Positions 42,401 to 55,703 of a stretch of 64,000 nucleotides of DNA are shown one piece after another; position 1 is the stretch's first letter, and every line of letters begins with the position of its first letter. Below the pieces are notes generated by a model that ran no database searches, was not told the DNA's origin, and saw only the letters and a program-made list of their open reading frames with translations. The translations under genes were made by a program, and so were the position numbers. The stretch lies in contig CAXHJY010000736.1 of assembly GCA_964016885.1 (NCBI GenBank), forward strand, positions 1-64,000, in the 5' to 3' direction. Source of the stretch: Eledone cirrhosa. Taxonomy: Eukaryota.

Positions 42401-45400
42401 ACCACTGTTTACTATCACTACCACTGTTTAGTACGACTACCACTACCACTGTTTAGTAAAACTACTACTGTTTAGTACCACTACCAATGTTTAGTACCAC
42501 TACTACTGTTTAGTACAACTACCACTGTTTAGTACCACTACTAATGTTTAGTACCACTACCACTGATTAGTAGTACCACTATTACAGTTTAGTACCACTA
42601 CTACAGTTTAGTACTACTACTACAGTTTAGTACCACTACCACTGTTTCGTACCACTACCCCTGATTAGTACCACTACCACTGTTTAGTACCACTACCGCT
42701 GTTTAGTACCACTACCGCTGTTTAGTACTACTACTACTGTTTAGTACCACTACTACTGTTTAGTAGTTCTACCACTGTTTAGTACCACTAGCATTGTTTA
42801 GTACCACTATCACTGATTAGTTGTACCAATACCACTGTTTAGTACCATTACAATTGTATAGTACCAGTACCACTGTTTAGTATAACTACTACTGTTTAGT
42901 ACAACTACAACTGTTTAGTACCACTACAACTGTTTAGTACCACCACGACTGTTTAGTACAACTACCACTGATTAGTAGTACCAATACCACGGTTTAGTAA
43001 CACTACTACTGTTTAGTACCACTACTACTGTTTAGTACCACTACCACTGTTTAGTACCACTACCACTGTTTAGTACCACTACTATAGTTTAGTACCACTA
43101 CCACTGTTTAGTACCACTACTACTGTTTAGTACCACTGCTACTAATATAGTACCATTACCACTGATTAGTACCATTACCACTGTTTAGTACCACTACTAC
43201 TGTTTAGTAACACTACCAATTTTAGTACCACTACTACTGTTTAGTACCACTACCACTGTTTAGTAGTACTACCACTGTTTAGTAGTACCACTACCACTGT
43301 TAGGTAACAATTATACTGTTTAGTACCACTACTACTGTTTAGTATCACTACCACTGTTTAGTACCACTAACACTGATTAGTAGTACTACTACTACTGTTT
43401 AGTACCACTACCACTGATTAGTAGTACCACTACTACTGTTTAGTACCAGTACCACTGATTAGTAGTACTACTACTATGGTTTAGTACCACTACCCCTGTT
43501 TAATACCACCACCACTATTTAGTACCACTACCACTATTTAGTACCACTACCACTGTTTTGTACCACTACCACTGTTTTGTACCACTACCACTGTTTAGTA
43601 CCACTACCACTCATTAGTACCACTACCACTGTTTAGTACCACTGATTTGTAGTACCACTACCACAGTTTAGTACCACTACTACTGTTTAGTACCACTACC
43701 ACTGATTAGAAGTACTACTACTACTGTTTAGTACCACTACCACTGATTAGTAGTACCACTACCACTGTTTAGTACGAGTACCACTGATTAGTACCACTAC
43801 CACTGTTTTGTACCACTACCACTGATTAGTTGTACCACTACCACTGATTAGTAGTACCACTACCACTGATTAGTAGTACCACTACTACTGTTTAGTACCA
43901 CTACCACTGATTAGTACCACTACCACAGTTTAGTAGCAGTACCACAGATTTGTAGTACCACTGATTCGTAGTACCACTACCACAGTTTAGTACCACGACT
44001 AGTGTTTAGTACCGCTACTACTGTTTAGTAGCACTACTACTGTTTAGTAGCACTACTACTGTTTAGTAGCACTACTACTGTTTAGTACCACTACTACTGT
44101 TTACTACCACTACCACTGTTTAGTACCACTACCACTGATTAGTAGTACCACTACTACTGTTTAGTACCACTAGCACTCATTAGTACCACTACCACTGTTT
44201 AGTAACAGTACCACTGTTTAGTAGAAGTACCACTGATTTGTAGTACGACTACCACACTTTAGAACCACTACTACTGTTTAGTACCACTACTACTGTTTAG
44301 TACCACTACCACTGTTTAGTACCACTACCACTGTTTAGTACCACTACTATTGTTTAGTACCACTCTCACTGTTTAGTAACACTACTACTCTTTAGTACCA
44401 CTACTATATTTATACCTCTACCACTGATTAGTACCACTACCACTGTTTAGTACCACTACTACTGTTTAGTAACACTACCACTTTTTAGTACCACTACTGG
44501 TGTTTAGTACCACTACCACTGTTTCGTAGTACTACCACTGTTTACTAGTACCACTACCGCTGTTTAGTACCACTACCACTGTTTAGTACCACTACCACTG
44601 TTTAGTACCACTACTATTGATTAGTAGTACCACTACCACTATTTCGTACCAGTACCACTGATTAGTAGTACTACTACTATGGTTTAGTACCACTACTGTT
44701 TAGTATCACTACCACTGTTTAGTACCACTACTACAATTTAGTACCACTACTACTGTTTAGTACCAATACCACTGTTTAGTAGCAGTACCACTGATTTGTA
44801 GTACCACTGATTTGTAGTACCACTACCACAGTTTAGTACCACTACTACTGTTTAGTACCACTACTACTGTTTAGTACCACTACTACTGTTTACTACCACT
44901 ACTACTGTTTACTACCACTACTACTGTTTAGTACCACTACCACTGTTTAGTACCACTACTATTGTTTAGTGCCACTACTATTGTTTAGTACCACTACTAC
45001 TGTTTAGTACCACTACCACTGATTAGTACCACTACCACTGATTAGTACCACTACCACTGTTTAGTACCACTACCACTGTTTAGTAACACTACCACTGTTT
45101 AGTAACACTACCACTTTTTAGTAGAACCACTACCACTGTTTAGTACCATTACCACTCTTTAGTACCACTACTGTTTAGTATCACTACCACTGTTTAATAC
45201 CACTACCACTGATTAGTACTACTACCACTGTTTAGTACCAGTACCACTGATTAGTAGTAACACTACTATGGTTTAGTACCTCTACCACTGTTTTGTACCA
45301 CTACCAGTGTTTTGTACCACTACCAGTGTTTAGTACCACTAAAGTTTAGTACGACTAAAGTTTAGTACCACTACTGTTTAGTACCACTAACACTCTTTAG

Positions 45401-48400
45401 TACCACTACCACAGTTTAGTACCACTACCACAGTTTAGTACCACTACTACTGTTTAGTACCACTACTACTGCTTAGTACCACTACTACTGCTTAGTACCT
45501 CTACCACTGTTTAGTACCACTACATCTGTTTAGTACCACTACCTCCGTTTACTACCACTACCCCTGTTTACTTCCACTACCCCTGTTTTGCAGTACCACT
45601 ACCACTACCCCTGTTTAGTAGAACCACTACCACTGTTTAGTACCACTACCACTGTTTAGTACCACTACCATTGTTTAATAACACTACCTCTGTTTAGTAC
45701 CACTACCACTGTTTAGAACCACTACCACCATTTATTACCACTACTACAGTTTAGTACCACTACCACTGTTTAGTACCACTACCACTGTTTAGTACCACTA
45801 CCACTGTTTAGTACCACTACCACTGTTTAGTACCACTACCACAGTTTAGTACCACTACTACTGTTTAGTACCACTACTACTGTTTAGTACCACTACTACT
45901 GTTTAGTGCCACTACCACTGATTAGTACCACTAATACTGTTTAGTACCACTACCATCATTTAGTACCACTACCACCATTTATTACCACTACTACAGTTTA
46001 GTACCACTACCACTGTTTAGTACCACTACCACTGTTTAGTACCACTACCACTGTTTAGTACCACTACCACAGTTTAGTACCACTACTACTGTTTAGTACC
46101 ACTACTACTGTTTAGTGCCACTACAACTGTTTAGTACCACTACCACTGTTTAGTATCACTACCACTGATTAGTACCACTAATACTGTTTAGTATCACTAC
46201 CACTGATTAGTACCACTAATACTGTTTAGTACCACTACCACTATTTAGTACCACTACCACTGTTTAGTCCCACTACTACTGTTTAGTACCACTACCACTG
46301 TTTCGTACTACTACTAATGTTTTGTACCACTACTACTGTTTAGTACCACTACCACTGTTTAGTACGACTACTACTGTTTAGTACCACTACCATTGTTTAG
46401 TACCACTACGAGTGTTTAGTACCACTACTACTGTTTAGTACCACTACTACTGTTTAGTACCACTACTACTGTTTAGTACCACTACTACTGTTTAGTGCCA
46501 CTACCACTGTTTAGTGCCACTACCACTGTTTATAATCACTACCATTGTTTAGTAACACTACCACTGTTTAGTACCCCTACCACTGTTTAGTACCACTACC
46601 ACTGTTTAGTACCACTACCACTGTTTAGTATCACTACTACTGTTTAGTACAAATACCACTGTTTAGTACCACTACCATTGTTTAGTACCACTACCATTGT
46701 TTAGTTCCACTACCATTGTTTAGTACCACTACTACTGTTTAGTACCACCACCACTGATTAGTAGCACCGCTACCGCCATTTAGTACCACTACCACTGTTT
46801 AGTACCACTACTACTCTTTAGTAACACAACTACTCTTTAGTACCACAACTACTCTTTATTACCACTACTATTGTTTAGTAGTACTACCACTGTTTAGTAC
46901 CACTAGCATTGTTTAGTACCACTATCACTGATTAGTAGTACCACTACCACTGTTTAGTAGTACCACTACCACTGTTTAGTAGCATTACCACTGTTTAGTA
47001 GCACTACCACTGTTTAGTAGCACTACCACTGTTTAGTAGCACTACCACTGTTTAGTACCACTAGCATTGTTTAGTACCACTACCACTGTTTAGTACCACT
47101 ACCACTGTTTAGTATCACTACTACTGTTTAGTACAAATACCACTGTTTAGTACCACTACCATTGTTTAGTACCACTCCTACTGTTTAGTACCACTACCAT
47201 TGTTTAGTACCACTACTACTGTTTAGTACCACTACCACTGATTAGTAGCACCGCTACCGCTATTTAGTACCACTACCACTGTTTAGTACCACTACTACTC
47301 TTTAGTAACACAACTACTCTTTAGTACCACAACTACTCTTTAGTACCACAACTACTCTTTAATACCACAACTACTCTTTATTACCACTACTATTGTTTAG
47401 TAGTACTACCACTGTTTAGTACCACTAGCATTGTTTAGTACCACTATCACTGATTAGTAGTACCACTACCACTGTTTAGTAGCATTACCACTGTTTAGTA
47501 GCATTACCACTGTTTAGTAGCACTACCACTGTTTAGTAGCACTACCACTGTTTAGTACCACTACCACTGTTTAGTACCTCTAGCATTGTTTAGTACCACT
47601 ACCACTGATTAGTAGTACCACTACCACTGTTTAGTACCACGACAACTGTTTAGTACCACTACCACTGTTTAGTACCACTACCACTGTTTAGTACCACTAC
47701 TACTGTTTAGTACCCCTACCATTGTTTAGTACCACTACTACAGTTTAGTACCACTACCACTGTTTAGTACCACTACCACTGTTTAGTAGTACCACTACTA
47801 CTGTTTAGTACCACTACCACTGTTTAGTACCACTACCACAGTTTAGTACCACCACCACTGTTTAGTACCACCACCACCACTGTTTAGTAGTACCACCACT
47901 GTTTAGTACCACTACTACTGTTTAGTACCACTACCACTGATTAGTATTACTACTACTACTGTTTAGTACCAATACCACTGATTAGTATTACTACTACTAC
48001 TGTTTAGTACCAATACCACTGATTAGTAGTACCACTACCACTGTTTAGTACCAGTACCACTGATTAGTAGTACTACTACTATGCTTTAGTACCACTACTA
48101 CTGTTTAGTACCACTACTACTGTTTAGTACCACTACCACTGTTTAGTAACACTACCACTGTTTAGTAACACTACCACTGATTAGTACCACTACTACTGTT
48201 TAGTACCACTACTACTGTTTAGTACCAGTACCACTGTTTAGTAGTACCACTGTTTAGTAGTACCACTACCACTGTTTAGTAGTACCACTACCACTGTTTA
48301 GTAGTACCACTACCACTGTTTAGTAGTACCACTACCACTGTTTAGTAGTACCACTACTACTGTTTAGTACCACTACCACTGATTACTAGTACCACTACTA

Positions 48401-48904
48401 CAGTTTAGTACCACTACTACTGTTTAGTCCCACAACCAGATTAGTACCACTACCACTGTTTAGTACCATTATCACTGTTTAGTACCATTATCACTGTTTA
48501 GTACCACTACCACTGGTTAGTAGTACCACTACCACTGTTTAGTACCACTACCACTGTTTAGTACCACTACTACTGTTTAGTACCACTACTATTGTTTAGT
48601 CCCACTACTATTGTTTAGTCCCACTACTACTGTTTAGTCCCACAACCACTGATTAGTACCACTACCACTGTTTAGTACCATTATCACTGTTTAGTACCAT
48701 TATCACTGTTTAGTAACACTACCATTGTTTAGTACCACTACTACTGTTTAGTACCACTACTACTGTTTAGTACCACTACTACTGTTTAGTACCACTACTA
48801 CTGTTTAGTACCACTACTACTGTTTAGTACCACTACTACTGTTTAGTACCTCTACTACTGTTTAGTAACACTACCACTGATTAGTAGTACCACTACCAAT
48901 TATA

Positions 48905-49075
48905 GAGAGAGATGGTTAAATCGCCTAATGCGGTCCCCAGCGCATTGAAAATTGGAAATATTTTCTGCCCAAAACACTCACAGCTCCATAAGTATTAGAT
49001 GTGTAAAGTTTGAGAAGAATCTGTTGGGTAGTTCTCGAGTTTTAGGGAGTCAGACAGACATACATTCTCTGTTTT
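48905..49075 (+). mobile_element. Possible fragment of a non-autonomous Helitron/Helentron-like (DINE-1/HINE-type) element
   Basis: TGTGTAAAGTTTGAGAAGAATCTGTTGGGTAGTTCTCGAG...CAGACAGACATAC..TTTTATATA resembles the 3' organisation of such elements (core, GACA microsatellite, AT-rich end). This is resemblance only. Confidence 0.4.
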
Positions 49076-49385
49076 ATATATATATATATATATGTTTCTT
49101 TATTAGCCACAAGGGCACAAAAGAAGGGGACAAATACAAAGGGGGAAGTTTACATACAATAAAAACGTGTAAAATATTATCACAAATGCAATTTAAAAAT
49201 TAGTCGATTTTTTTCCCCAATAGGGGAGACATTACGTATGGGTAACACATACCGCCGAAAAAATGTGCAACCCTCATCTCCAGGAGTATGAAGAGTTTGT
49301 ACTCCTTTCCTCTCCTCCTCTTTTTCCTCAACCTACAGGCTGATATAGAGAGAAGGCCCATTGATTTGGGCCATTCTCGCCACTT

Positions 49386-52285
49386 TCACCCACGTTTCAT
49401 AAAACTTGCTGGGGTACAGCACCTCTCTCTCCATCCTGATTCTTCTTCAAAAGTGGTATTTGAAAAAAAGGATGGTTGGCCGGAGACAAAGGTGTCTGAC
49501 CTCAGCCTTTTCAACCTTGTCCACCATACAACCTCTTTCGCCATAGCTATCACACAAAGGAAAACCGCCTCTCCTTTTTTGAAGGAGGGTGGCGGTTTGA
49601 TCATGACAATGGACTCGGTGGTCAACTGGATTGGTCCCACCCGCAACAATAGTCGTTCTACATAGCCCCACAGGTTGGTGATGCCCGGGCAGTGTATGAA
49701 TGCATGCGCGACGGTTTCTTCGTCTTGCACGCATCTCGGACAGATATTTTTTGCAGCGCCCATGTCTGTAGAGCTTGTCGTGAACTGGTAGAGCTCCTTG
49801 GTAGCACTGCCAGGCCAGGGACTTTTCAAAGTTGTCCATCGGTCCCGGGCGGAAGGTCCTACAGAACAGACTGGCCAGTTCGTCTTCCTCTACGCCCAGA
49901 GTTTCACCGAGCACGTCGTCGCACTTGCTGCGGATCAACCTTCTATAGAATGATGAAGTGGAGTCTCCACTGATCGCCGGGTCCGCCTGCCTGAGGGCTC
50001 TGAGCGCCTAAGCACATTCGATGTGCCAGTTGCCCATTTTCCTCGGTCTTTGCTTGAACCAGGACTGCAGCTCGTTCAGCGAGACAAGTCGTAGGAAGGC
50101 TCGCCTCACGAACGGGGCCCACACCAGTTGTCCGGTGAGGTATACATAGAGATGCCGCAGCCTGAGCGCGTGTTTGCGCATCGTCAGCCACGTCATCACC
50201 AGCCCTCCGTTGGAAGGGTGTTGGCAGCAGATGGATCTTCTTACCAAAAGTGCCCGCCTCTTCCAAAGGAATTGGAAGAGCGCGCGCTCCATTTTGGTGA
50301 GCATTTTGGCTTGACAAGGCACGACGGTCAAGCGGTAGTAGATGGCGGATGCTATAAAAGTGTTCGCCACCTCCGCTCGACCTTTCAAGGATAGTTTGCA
50401 CTTGGCCCACTTCTGGGTGAGTGCAAATACCTTGGCCGTCACCTCGTTCCAGTTCTTCTCCACCTGGAGGTCCGGACCAAACCAGACCCCGAGCAGCTTT
50501 ACCGGTCCTTCCGTCCAGCGTCCGACGACACCATCGGAAGGCATCGGTTTGCCTCTCCACGATCCGAGTTGCAAACCAATGGACTTGTCCCGGTTCAGCT
50601 TCGCTCCTGTGAACCTTTCGTATTCCTTCAGTAAGATGCTGACTTCCTTGATTTGCGAGGCGCTCGACACCATTATTGTCACGTCGTCGGCGTAGGCCGA
50701 CGCCGCTTTCCGCAGTCCCGGTGCCAGAGGGATGCCCTGCAATAGCTCCAACTTCCGCAGTAGTGGCTCGAGAGTCAGTACGTACAGAAGGGAGGAGAGA
50801 GGGCATCCCTGTCGAATGGATCGCGTGATATGGAACGGCTCCGAGAGGTAGCCGTTCACCTTGACCCTTGAGCAGATGTTGCTGTTGTGCATTGCAGCAA
50901 TCCAGCCCCTGAACACGGGTCCGAAGCCTGCCGCCTCGAGCACCGCATCCAGGTAACGATGGTCAACCCTATCGAAAGCCTTAAACTGATCTAAGTTGAT
51001 CAGGGCCCCACCAAAACCATGTTTATACCCTACCCTCTCTATGAATCATCGCATGATGTGGAGGTTGTCGTGTATGGACCTGGTCGGGATTGCGCATGTC
51101 TGCGCTTCTCCCACCAGGTTTTCGACAAGCGCCAGCCTCTTTGCCAACACCTTGGCCAAAATCTGTAACTCTTTGTTTAGCAGAGTTATGGGCCGGAAGT
51201 TGCCTATGTCATCCCACTTATTCTCGTCCTTCCTGACTAGTGTGATTACGTCCCCGGTCACAGAACTAGGAATTCTCCTGTTCTGTTGCCAGTTGCAGTA
51301 GACCGCTTCCAGGAGACCGGAGAATAAGTCCAGCATTGCTACGTAAAATTCGTAGGGTAGACCACCGAGACCTGGAGATTTGCGTTTGCCGCATTGGCTC
51401 AGCGCGTCCATAGGGGACGAAATCGGCTTTTCGCAGAACTTTGCCTCGCTGTCCGAGAGTCGCAGTAGGCCGTCGAGGTATGGACCATAATCCATAGCCC
51501 CTCCCGGTGCGCCGCCCTGCCCAAATAGTTGAGCAAAGTGCCGCACACATCTGCTTCGGCACACGTATCATGCGTCCATTTTGGTCCTTCAAAGACCGAA
51601 TCATGGACTTGTTGCCACTTTTTGCCTCCGTCACTCGGGCCCAGCTAACAGCTTTGGCTCCCTCGTTTCCCAGAGCACGTATTTTGCTTCTGACAACGCA
51701 GCCCCCGTGCTTTGCGTCGAAGAACTGGTCCAAGGCCATTCTCGTTGCTAGCACGCTGGCTACGTTGCCACTTCTAATTGCCTCTTCTACTTTATCTACC
51801 AGTTCCTTCTCGGTTCTATTTCTATCTAACGCTAATTCTTTACTAAAAACTAATGAGTCTAATCTAACTGCCCTCTTGAGAGAGTACCACCATCTGTTGT
51901 TGACAATGGCCCCTGTCAAGTGCTGTTTAACTAAAGTGCTAATCCGTCTACTGTAGGCTTTGCATGTTGGTAACAACAAGTTCAGCTTCCAGTAGCCGGG
52001 TCCTTGTCTATGGGTTCTATCAAGGTTGACCATGCAGGTCACTAGTTTGTGATCTGAATAGGCAACCATGAACATTTGTGGACAGCTTAACATGTCCCTA
52101 TCCTTATTTCTAACAAGAACCCTATGTAGGTACGATCTGGATGTTCCGCTATGATTAGTCCACGTCCACAGTGGCACAGTAGGAAAATCTAGTCGATATC
52201 TATCGGCCAGGTCAAATCGGCCGATTAACTGTTTGAGGCTGTTACACCCCCCTTTATCGGGAAATGCTCCCACATAGTCCCAACG
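49386..52285 (-). pseudogene. Tx1/L1 ORF2, downstream part (APE C-terminal half, RT, zinc finger), multiple frameshifts
   Basis: Track ORFs 51266..52273, 51046..51564, 50008..50943, 49447..49938 and 49386..49829 tile the expected motif order. Confidence 0.88.
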
Positions 52286-55223
52286 TCATCATCATCATCA
52301 TCATCAAGGTTTAGCGTCCGTGTTCCACGCTTGCATGGGTTTGGACGGGGTTTTCCCACTTGAGGCAAGAGTGGTTGTCTTGCTCGCATAGGACTGTCTG
52401 GCGGGTTTTCTACAGCTGGATGCCCTTCCTAACACCAACCACTTTTACAGTGTGGGGCTGGGAGGTTTTTACCGTGTTGCCTACACGGCCACATTACAGC
52501 GTGGACTGTCTGGCGGGTTTTCTACAGCTGGATGCCCTTCCTAACACCAACCACATTTACAGTGTGGGGCTGGGAGGTTTTTACCGTGTTGCCTACACGG
52601 CCACATTTACAGCGTGGACTGTGTGTTTTTTTTGTCGTGACACCTACACGATCTCATTTGTTTCGGTCTGGATGTTGTGGCACCAACATAACTTTACATT
52701 GAAAGGGGCGGTGTGGATGGGGTGGGGGTGGTGGGACGGGGGTGTGTTTTGATAGAGATGCCTACTGACTGTAGTAGGTTTTACATTGTATTTAGGTAAG
52801 GCGGGTCTTCTCTATTACTGAGTACCGCCAAAGGTCTCTGTCCAGTGACATTGTCTTGGAGAGGTGTAAGCGTGTGAGGTCGGAATTTATCATGTCGTCC
52901 CAGGTTTTTCTGGGTCTGCCTACTCCGTGGCTACCGTCTATCTTTATTGCCCTGCACTTTGTTATACAGCTGTCGTCTTTCATGCGCATCACGTGACCGT
53001 ACCAACGTAGCCTTCTCTCGAGTAAACAACATCTGATCCCTCTTATTTCTAATTTTTTTCTTAGTTCGTTTATGCTTAGCCGTTCACGTATATTACTATT
53101 GCACATCCAGCGGAGCATGCATGCTTCGTTCCTCTCTAGTCTGCGTATATCCTCTGCACACAATGCCCAGGTCTCACTGCCATGCAGCATTACTGTTCGT
53201 ATGCAGGCATCGTATAACCTGCCTTTCATTTTTAGGGAGAACCCTTTAGCGGCTAATAGTGGTATAAGCTCTCTGAACTTTTTCCATCCAGTTCTGACTC
53301 TAGCTACTGTACTTTCAGAGCACCCTCCCCCACTGCTGATTTTGTCACCCAGGTAACGGAAGCTGTCCACTATTTCTATAGAACCCTCTGCGCAATTGAA
53401 AGAGCTAATATTTTGTGGGCACTTGCTGCTACTTATTGCACCAGAGCACCGGCCACATGTAAAATCTATGTTCTTAGTTAGCTTACCTGTGATCCCACTA
53501 CATCTTTTATGCACCCATACTTTGCATTTGGGACATAAAATGGAGTTTCTACCTACGCCTTTCCTACACACTGAGCATGGCCATTTCCCGGAAGGGACCG
53601 CCGAGTTATTTTTTTCCTACAAACTAGAACTTTAGTCTCAGCCAGGTTAATTTTAAGGCCTTTTGATTCTAGGCCGTGCTTCCATGTTTGGAATTTCTTC
53701 TCTAGTTCGATCATTGATTCAGCTATGAGCGTTAGATCATCTGCGTATAGGAGTTCCCATGGGCAGCCGGTCTTGAACTCCTCTGTTATAGCCTGAAGGG
53801 CAATAATAAATAGTAGGGGGCTAAGAACAGAGCCCTGATGGACACCAACTTTTACGCTAAACTCTTCACTATATTCGTTGTTAATTCTAACCTTGCTGAC
53901 TGTTTCCTTATACATGGCTTGTATAGCTCTCACAAGCCATTCGTCAACACACCTAGTTTTCTAAGAGCCCACCAGATAATGGAACGGGGGACTCTGTCGA
54001 AGGCTTTCTCCAAGTCAACAAAAGCTAAGTATAGGGGTTTACTTTTAGCTAGGTACTTCTCCTGTAGTTGTCGTACAATGAAAAGAGCGTCTGTGGTACT
54101 TTTGCCTGACACAAACCCGAACTGCATTTCATCTAGATCAATTCTCTCTCTGATTAGTTGCGGTATTACTTTTTCCGTGACCTTCATGACCTGGTCGATT
54201 AATTTAATGCCTCTATAGTTACACCTATCTAGGGCATCTCCTTTACCCTTGTAACAGTTAATGATGATGCTGCTATGCCAGTCCTTCGGAACAACCCCAT
54301 TCTGTATGACTTGGTTTACTATCCGGGTGACCATGGTGTGTCCCACCATTCCAGAGGCTTTCAACATCTCAGCAACTATTTCCGAAGGCCCAGCCGCCTT
54401 ACCCGTCTTCATATCTTTGATTGCCTTACTTATTATACTACCTTCGACTAACACTGCTGGTCCCTCTATTGGGTCGATGTGGGGGAGACTGTCTTTCTCC
54501 CATTTGTTCTCCTCATTTAGAAGCCTTTCGTAGTGACACTTCCAAGCTACCTTCTTATCAGCGTCAGTGATGGCAAGTATGCCATCATCATTAAGTACAC
54601 ACTTCTCCCCGACAATATCACGGTTTTCCTTGACACATTGCCTAGCAATCCTGAACACCTCACGTTTTTGGTCCTCGCCATCTCGCCATACTTTCCAAGC
54701 CTGCTTTTTGGCCTTAATTGACTCCTCCACCTTACTGTTCCACCACCACGTTACTCTCCTCCTATCTACAGGCCTGCTCCAGCCACAGACTTCGTCTGCC
54801 GCCGTCAGTAGGTTTGCTTTCAGGAATTCCCACTGTTCCTCTATATTATACGACTCTAATTGCTCTTCCTTACTGTCGAAAGCATCAAGTAATATGCTTT
54901 GAAATTTATTTCTGGCTATGGGGTCCTTTAGCTTCCATATTTTTCTCCTGAGGATAGTCCTCTTCTGCTGCCTAGTACGTCTCGTCCTGACTATGAGGTC
55001 GCTAATTATCAGTCTATGTTGGGAGGTGCATTCTTCATGGGGGAGGGATTTAGTGTTAACAACAGACACTCTGTCACGTTTTCTGGTAAGGATATAATCT
55101 ACCTGGCTTGTGTGTTCCCCCGATCTATAGGTGATCAAGTGATTGTCTCGTTTTTTGAAGTTAGTGTTACAGATAGTTACGTTATTTGCGTCACAGAATT
55201 CCAGGATTCTGGAGCCTTGCTCA
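52286..55223 (-). mobile_element. 5'-truncated RTE LINE (copy 3) nested in the Tx1 endonuclease
   Basis: ORF fragments 53930..55228, 53553..53933 and 52792..53571 are homologous to copy 1 (YADD intact, PHD finger present). Two frameshifts, ~500-bp 3' UTR and (GAT)n tail at 52286-52306. Confidence 0.93.
52391..52622. repeat. 112-bp tandem duplication in the RTE copy 3 3' UTR
   Basis: GGACTGTCTGGCGGGTTTTCTACAGCTGGATGCCCTTCCTAACACC... starts at both 52391 and 52503. Confidence 0.92.
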
Positions 55224-55666
55224 TGCATCTAGGAATCCATTCCAGTCCCCCACTAAAAGCAAGGAGCGGGACGTTCCCAGAAAAGTCTCTAGACATTTAA
55301 AGAAGTCTGGCCGGGGTGTCCCGGATGGGGCATATGCGGCCACCAGCCTGAAGGCTCCATCTCCACTACCGTCAACGTCTAGGACCACCAGTCGACCCTC
55401 CGGGTTCAGATATACCGTCTGTAAAACGAGGCCCAGGTGTTTTCGCAGCAAAACGGCAACCCCGCCCCCACCCCCCGGCCGACAGAGGGATGCGTAGATC
55501 TCAAAGTCATCGAAGATGGGGGCCAGCTGTCGCTCGCTGTGGATCCTGGACTCGCAAATGGCTACTACATCCATACTGTGCGACCTGAGGTCGTTTAAGA
55601 GTTTGCCCTGTTTCCAGGGCATCCCCAGGCCGCGTACATTCACACATCCAACTCGATATTGGCCAT
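55224..55666 (-). pseudogene. Tx1/L1 ORF2 N-terminal APE endonuclease half
   Basis: RVGCVNVRGL..DVVAICES..GGVAVL..EGRLVVLDV..AAYAP..LVGDWN. It is cut by the RTE insertion after ..GFLDA. Confidence 0.88.
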
Positions 55667-55703
55667 GTTGGTTCTGAAAAATTAAAAGAGCAGAAGAAAA
55701 CAC

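Larger units (their letters stand above)
16321..48899. repeat. ~32.6-kb satellite, 19-bp unit TTTAGTACCACTAC(C/T)ACTG
   Basis: Continuous tandem array with common 22-bp (+AGT) and 16-bp variants. It contains kb-scale internal duplications and is interrupted only by two copies of a ~175-bp unique island. Confidence 0.99.

Noticed and set aside
9919-48899. CRISPR-like appearance of regular short repeats
   Set aside because: Units are directly adjacent with no unique spacers, there are no cas genes, and the context is eukaryotic.
16321-48899. Telomere-like TTTAG/TTAG motif in the 19-bp satellite
   Set aside because: There are no TTAGGG/TTAGG tandem runs; the similarity is limited to 4-5 nt.
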